Shown one piece after another: positions 59,460 through 64,000 of a DNA stretch of 64,000 nucleotides. How positions within the stretch are numbered: position 1 is the first letter of the stretch; each line of letters opens with the position of its first letter. The translations under genes and the position numbers were made by a program. The notes under the pieces are model-generated. The model was given only the letters and a program-made list of their open reading frames with translations, ran no database searches and was not told where the DNA came from. Origin of the DNA: an uncultured Nitrospiraceae bacterium (lineage in GTDB: Bacteria; Nitrospirota; Nitrospiria; Nitrospirales; Nitrospiraceae); the NCBI GenBank assembly GCA_963706325.1, contig CAVPLT010000007.1, forward strand, positions 640,001 to 704,000, written 5' to 3'.

Positions 59460-61386
59460 GGCTCTCCTCTTCCGGCATCCGTTGTGGCTGTTGGCGTAGG
59501 GGGCACCAGACTCGGACGGTCGTACCGCTTCCTACATTGCTTTCGAGGGTGATATCTCCGCCGTGCGCATCGAGGATGTTCCGGCAGATGGCCAGTCCTA
59601 ATCCTGTGCCTCGTGGCTTGCCGCTGGTGAAGAATGGTTCGAAGACATGCGGTAGATGCGCCGGACTGATCCCGCCTCCTTGATCTACGACCGCAATCTC
59701 TAGTCCCTGTTCCACGCCGTGCGCGAGCTGCGCGAGAGAGACGGTAATAAGACCGCCCAGCGAAGTCGCTTCGATCGCATTCTGCATGACATTGAGCAGG
59801 ATCTGCTTGAATTGATCGCGATCGGCTTGGATGGTAGAGGGGCCTGTGGATACGGCGAGACGGACGGTTACCTGTTTCTGCATAAGGAGTTCATCCAATA
59901 CCTTGGTAACTTCCTGCACGAGCTGTGCCATATCGAAGGTGAGCGCCACGATTTCGCGGGGACGGGCGTAGTCGATGATTTGATTGACGATACGATCGAG
60001 ACGTTTCGTCTCCTGCAAAATGACTTCGAGATCGGCGCGACGCCCATCGCTCGGATCTGTATCGTCGAGTAGGAGCGAGGTCGTCGAGCCAATGCCGACG
60101 AGCGGGTTTCTGATTTCGTGCGCAATGCCTGCCGCAACTTGCCCGAGCGTGGCGAGCCGCTCAGCGCGGCGGAGGCGCGTCTGCATGATATCAAGCACGG
60201 TAATGTCCACATTGAAGCCCTGGTACATTACCACCTCGCCTGAATGGTCCCGTATCGGAATGCGCCGGCTGAGGACTCTGCGGACCGTGCCGTCGGCATG
60301 GAGGAACCGGAAGACTGTTTCATAAGGCCGTCCTTCCTCCACCGCCTCTGAAAACTCCATGACGACCCGTTCCCGGTCCTCAGGATGAATGGCCCGTCTT
60401 ACGGCATCTGGATCTTTCTCTTCACTGGGGTCGAGTCCCGCGAGGATGCTGTTGTAGCGATTACTAAACACGAGCGTCATGCCACGCGTGGTAAAAATCC
60501 CGAAGGGCGCATGGTCGACGATACTCCGATACTTGGCTTCAGACCCGGCCAGATCCTGGTTCAGTTGCCGCAGGTGGGCCTCTGAGTGTTCCACCGCGGC
60601 GATGTGGGAATGAATGGCCGAACTCATGGCATGCATGACACGGGATAAATTCCCGATCTCATCTGTGCCGGGCAGGATGGGCACCTGCGGGACCGGGTCA
60701 GTGGCAGAGGCCACAACGGCCTTAGCCAGCCGTTCGAGTGGAATCGTGATGGAATGTGCGATGAGGTGCAACACGCCGACCATGCAGATCAACGCAAAGA
60801 GGCCGCCTCCTAGAATGGTCATCAACATGGTGTCGCGGTCTTGCGCAAGTTTCACGAGGCGGTTGTTCAGTGCGGCTTGCACAAGATGCTCGAATCGTCC
60901 CATCTCCTGGCGGATTTTCAGCATCAGCGTCCGCCCCTTGCCCTCCTCGATATAGAGCCGCGCGTCGCTGGTATGCTCGGCTTTTACGGCGTCGATCAAA
61001 AGTTCTTTTTCTTCAATGAACTGTCTGACCAACTCTTGGATGGACGCGATGAGCGCCTGCTGATCCTCATACTGGAACACTTTCGCTTCGAGGGTGCGGC
61101 CAAGGTTCAGTACATGGTCCTGAGCGGTTCGGTAGGGAAACAGGTAATGTTCCTGGCTCGTCAATACAAAGCCCCTGAACCCCGTTTCGAGGTCCACGAT
61201 CAGGCGCAGGTATTCGGAGGCGAGCCGTTGCGAATAATAAATGTCGTTCAGTTGTCCTTCGTCGTCTGAGAAGGTGGTGACGCTGCGGTATGTCAAAATG
61301 CTGAGGATGAGGATGGTCAGCGCAGGAATAACCGACGCAAGAAACAGCTTGCGGGCGATGGGCAGATTGCTCAGCAGATCACTCAC
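59431..61386 (-). CDS. Sensor histidine kinase (CHASE3-HAMP-PAS-HisKA-HATPase)
   Basis: DLETGFRGFVLT...YLFPY (CHASE3), DEIGNLSR, IHPEDRER, AHEIRNPL and GTGLGL. Confidence 0.92.
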   Translation of the reverse strand: MSDLLSNLPIARKLFLASVIPALTILILSILTYRSVTTFSDDEGQLNDIYYSQRLASEYLRLIVDLETGFRGFVLTSQEHYLFPYRTAQDHVLNLGRTLEAKVFQYEDQQALIASIQELVRQFIEEKELLIDAVKAEHTSDARLYIEEGKGRTLMLKIRQEMGRFEHLVQAALNNRLVKLAQDRDTMLMTILGGGLFALICMVGVLHLIAHSITIPLERLAKAVVASATDPVPQVPILPGTDEIGNLSRVMHAMSSAIHSHIAAVEHSEAHLRQLNQDLAGSEAKYRSIVDHAPFGIFTTRGMTLVFSNRYNSILAGLDPSEEKDPDAVRRAIHPEDRERVVMEFSEAVEEGRPYETVFRFLHADGTVRRVLSRRIPIRDHSGEVVMYQGFNVDITVLDIMQTRLRRAERLATLGQVAAGIAHEIRNPLVGIGSTTSLLLDDTDPSDGRRADLEVILQETKRLDRIVNQIIDYARPREIVALTFDMAQLVQEVTKVLDELLMQKQVTVRLAVSTGPSTIQADRDQFKQILLNVMQNAIEATSLGGLITVSLAQLAHGVEQGLEIAVVDQGGGISPAHLPHVFEPFFTSGKPRGTGLGLAICRNILDAHGGDITLESNVGSGTTVRVWCPLRQQPQRMPEEESHAGHDLRHG

Positions 61387-61692
61387 GAGGGCCTTCAGCC
61401 TCCGGGGACATCGTAGTCTTCAGCATAGTGAATCTGCAACCTGATTGCCTGAGTTACGCGATAGCGGACATATCGGCTATTCAACGCTCGACAGGGCTGC
61501 GAACTCCTTCATTTCACACGCGGCTCCACGAACTTTTGCGGTTTGAGCGGTATCGCACAGTGCGGTAGCGCGATCTCGCTCGTAATATGAAAGCTTACGC
61601 ACCATATGAAGAGACCAGAATGTAGATTCAGGGAGAGGCGAATGCGGTTCTCTCCCTACAGTGCGTGGTGAGCGAATACGCCATCGTCTGTG

Positions 61693-61708
61693 AGGCACGT
61701 GGCTTGCT
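61693..61708 (+). promoter_or_regulatory. sigma54 (-24/-12) promoter of the FNT operon
   Basis: AGGCACGTGGCTTGCT, an exact GG-N10-GC match ~90 nt upstream of the ATG. Confidence 0.8.
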
Positions 61709-61795
61709 CAGAGCAGAGGTGAGAAGAACGATGAGCTCATGCAGCAGGACCCGCGGTTCCCAACCGTGCCTTGAACGGTTCACAAGGAGGGTACG

Positions 61796-62677
61796 ATGGA
61801 CTATGTGAAGCCATACGGCGTAGTGGATAGTATGTTGGCCGGCGGTGCAGTGAAGCTGAGTTTGCCGCCACGTCAACTCTTACTTCGTGGCATGCTGGCT
61901 GGCGCCTATCTGGGCATCGGGACCAGCATGGCGGTGACGGTGGCCGTCGAAACAGGATATTGGATTATCGGCAGCCTCCTCTTTCCATTCGGATTGGCCC
62001 TGGCCATTCTGCTGGGCGCGGAGATCATCACCGGTAGTTTCGCGCTCTTGCCTTGCGCAGCGGTCGCAGGACAAAAAAATGCGGGCCTTCGTCAGGTGTG
62101 TGCCAACTGGGGTTGGGTCTTCCTCGGTAATCTTCTCGGAAGCATCTTATATGCGGGCTTGTTCGCAATTGCCCTCACAACCGCCGGAGACGCCCAGATC
62201 AATGCAGTCGGAACGAAGCTGATTGCCATTGCCGAAGCGAAAACCAACTACTATGCATCGCACGGCACGGCTGGTCTTCTCGCGGCCTTCACGAAAGGGA
62301 TGCTCTGTAACTGGATGGTCAGCCTGGCGGTCGTCGCAGCCTTTATGTCGACGTCCTTCTCCGGGAAAATCCTTGCCATCTGGGGTCCTACCTTGTTGTT
62401 CTTTTCTCAAGGGTTCGAGCATGCGGTGGTCAATATGTTTCTGATTCCCGTCGGTATGATCCTGGGTGCAAATGTCAGCGTCTCGACCTGGTGGCTCTGG
62501 AATCAAATCCCAGTGACTCTGGGGAACCTGGTCGGAGGTATGGTGTTTACCGGCCTAGCGATTTATGCGGCTCATCGTGGTCCGGCGACTAGCTCGCCAC
62601 AAGCGATCTCCGCAGGGCTAGTGGTTCAGCCTGCGAATTCCCCCTCCGATCAGCCGGGATATTCTCCTTCCTATTGA
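61796..62677 (+). CDS. Formate/nitrite transporter (FNT) family channel
   Basis: LLFPFGL, GAEIITGSF, GNLLG, KGMLCNWMV, GFEHAVVNMF and PVTLGNLVGG. RBS AAGGAGG. Confidence 0.93.
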   Translation: MDYVKPYGVVDSMLAGGAVKLSLPPRQLLLRGMLAGAYLGIGTSMAVTVAVETGYWIIGSLLFPFGLALAILLGAEIITGSFALLPCAAVAGQKNAGLRQVCANWGWVFLGNLLGSILYAGLFAIALTTAGDAQINAVGTKLIAIAEAKTNYYASHGTAGLLAAFTKGMLCNWMVSLAVVAAFMSTSFSGKILAIWGPTLLFFSQGFEHAVVNMFLIPVGMILGANVSVSTWWLWNQIPVTLGNLVGGMVFTGLAIYAAHRGPATSSPQAISAGLVVQPANSPSDQPGYSPSY

Positions 62678-62693
62678 GTCATGGAGTTCGGTA

Positions 62694-64000
62694 GTGGCGA
62701 CGGTATATTTGAGACGGTTGCATGGGTGGCGGTTCGTACTTTTCAATGCCGTGCTGGGGTTGGCGCACATCGTCGTCCTGTTCAATGCCGGTTCGTACAT
62801 CGCACTGTTACCTCACGTGTCCGGGGATCTTGGGGGAGTGCTGCCAAGTTTTCTTACCTGGGCGCAAACCGATTTCATGGTTGGCTTGGCCCTCGGGTTT
62901 CCTCTCGCGCGGTATCTGTCAGGACGGATCGGCGATTATCGCCTGCTGATCGGAGCCTTCATGGTTTACAGCGTGGCGTCCTATTTGTGCGGCGACAGTC
63001 AAACGCTCGCGCAGTTCGTTCCCGCTCGCATCGTACAAGGCATCGCCGGCGGCATCACTTTGCCAATCGCCCAATCCATGCTGCTCAACGAATACCCGAA
63101 GCGGTTAAAGGCGGTGGCACTGACCGTCTGGGGCCTGTTCAGCATTACGCCCTTCACGATCGGGATGCCGGTAGGTGGCTACATCGCCTACATGCTCGGC
63201 TGGCGATTTCTATTTTATCTGGATTTTGTGCTCACGCTCGTGATTGTCGGCACGCTGGGCGCATTGTTGTATGGCCGTGGGTTTCGCCGACGGTATACCC
63301 GCTTTGATTTGGTAGGGTTTCTGCTGTTGGCGGTCCTGCTGTTAGGCCTTCAGACGCTGCTCAACATGGGCAACGATTTCGACTGGCTGGATTCGCCGTT
63401 TCTTCAAGCCATTGCTGTGGTTCTGCTGATCGCCTTTCCCTGCTTCATCATTTGGGAACTCGGGGAGCGACAGCCGACACTGGATCTGCGACTGTTCATG
63501 CATCGCAATTTTGTGATCGGCCTTATCACCCTGACGCTCGGGTTCTTTTCCATCCAGGGACTGTTGTCGTTGCTGATCGTGCATATTCAGTTGATTCTGG
63601 GATATTCGTCGAAGTTGGCTGGGCTGGCGCTCCTCCCTCTGGTATTGCTGGGCGCGCCTGCGATTGCGGTCATGCACATGCTGTGCAAATACATCGATGC
63701 GCGCTGGCTCATATGCCTGAACAGTCTCGGATTTGCCTGGACCTTTTATTGGCTCGGGCTGTACGACGATCCGCATTCGTACGAAGAGCTGTTCTGGCCT
63801 ATGGCCGTGGAAGGCGTGTTTCTCGGATCGTTTTTCACGCCTGTGACGGTGCTCATCCTGCACGGCCTGACCGGTCCCCTGGTCATGCGGGCGGCTGAAG
63901 TCGCCAATCTACTACGCGTCGCCGCGGGCGCCTTTGGAATCACGTTCCAAGGGATCGTCCTATTCCGACGCATCAATTTCCATCAACTGCATTTGGCCGA
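62694..64000 (+). CDS. DHA2 (EmrB/QacA-like) MFS efflux permease, 3' truncated by window
   Basis: Not in the ORF track because it has no stop. GTG 62694 after GGAG reads VATVYLRRLHGWRFVLFNAVLG...ARIVQGIAGG...GWRFLFY...FRRINFHQLHLA in one frame. Confidence 0.85.
   Translation, partial: MATVYLRRLHGWRFVLFNAVLGLAHIVVLFNAGSYIALLPHVSGDLGGVLPSFLTWAQTDFMVGLALGFPLARYLSGRIGDYRLLIGAFMVYSVASYLCGDSQTLAQFVPARIVQGIAGGITLPIAQSMLLNEYPKRLKAVALTVWGLFSITPFTIGMPVGGYIAYMLGWRFLFYLDFVLTLVIVGTLGALLYGRGFRRRYTRFDLVGFLLLAVLLLGLQTLLNMGNDFDWLDSPFLQAIAVVLLIAFPCFIIWELGERQPTLDLRLFMHRNFVIGLITLTLGFFSIQGLLSLLIVHIQLILGYSSKLAGLALLPLVLLGAPAIAVMHMLCKYIDARWLICLNSLGFAWTFYWLGLYDDPHSYEELFWPMAVEGVFLGSFFTPVTVLILHGLTGPLVMRAAEVANLLRVAAGAFGITFQGIVLFRRINFHQLHLA

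Noticed and set aside
62681..63307. ORFs 62681-63307 and 62722-62949 as genes after the FNT
   Set aside because: Out-of-frame overlaps of the EmrB-like CDS starting at 62694.
1..64000. tRNA/rRNA genes, CRISPR arrays, IS elements, integrases or prophage
   Set aside because: None recognised by eye in the intergenic regions or the ORF translations.

Overview
64-kb chromosomal window (~55-60% GC) almost certainly from a Nitrospira-like nitrite oxidizer. The evidence is a periplasmic-type NxrA with a Tat signal and Asp-substituted FS0 motif, an NxrB starting MPEVYNWQLGR, several NxrC-like heme b subunits and a Pup gene. Left to right: (1) the tail of a c-type cytochrome/EB_dh respiratory cluster; (2) mobA, a GT9 glycosyltransferase, argS, tgt-yajC-secD-secF; (3) a Cache/HAMP/3xPAS kinase with an atypical, probably ATPase-dead, Cys-rich NtrC-like regulator, then a WD40 protein; (4) a ~14-kb NXR accessory cluster (HExxH/Zn-finger protein, NapF/G-like ferredoxin, TorD-like chaperone, nxrC candidate, B12-binding radical SAM, membrane protein, frameshifted TPR, tatA, NHL-repeat protein, second nxrC candidate, PDZ protein, two pentaheme cytochromes); (5) K+-independent H+-PPase, a stand-alone pup, recJ, rel, a decayed MscS pseudogene, several small genes and bfd with a Fur-like box; (6) nxrAB with a readable sigma54 promoter/IHF/enhancer layout and an adjacent sigma54 activator; (7) gdx/sugE, a heavy-metal RND system, a small Cys-rich protein, two two-component systems, and a sigma54-promoted FNT + EmrB-like MFS operon running off the right end. 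No rRNA, tRNA, CRISPR array or transposase was seen. The best novelty candidates are the putative NXR maturation/modification module, the Cys4 pseudo-bEBP, the monocistronic orphan pup and the GTC-N10-GAC elements upstream of nxrA. All calls come from motif reading by eye; no database searches were run.
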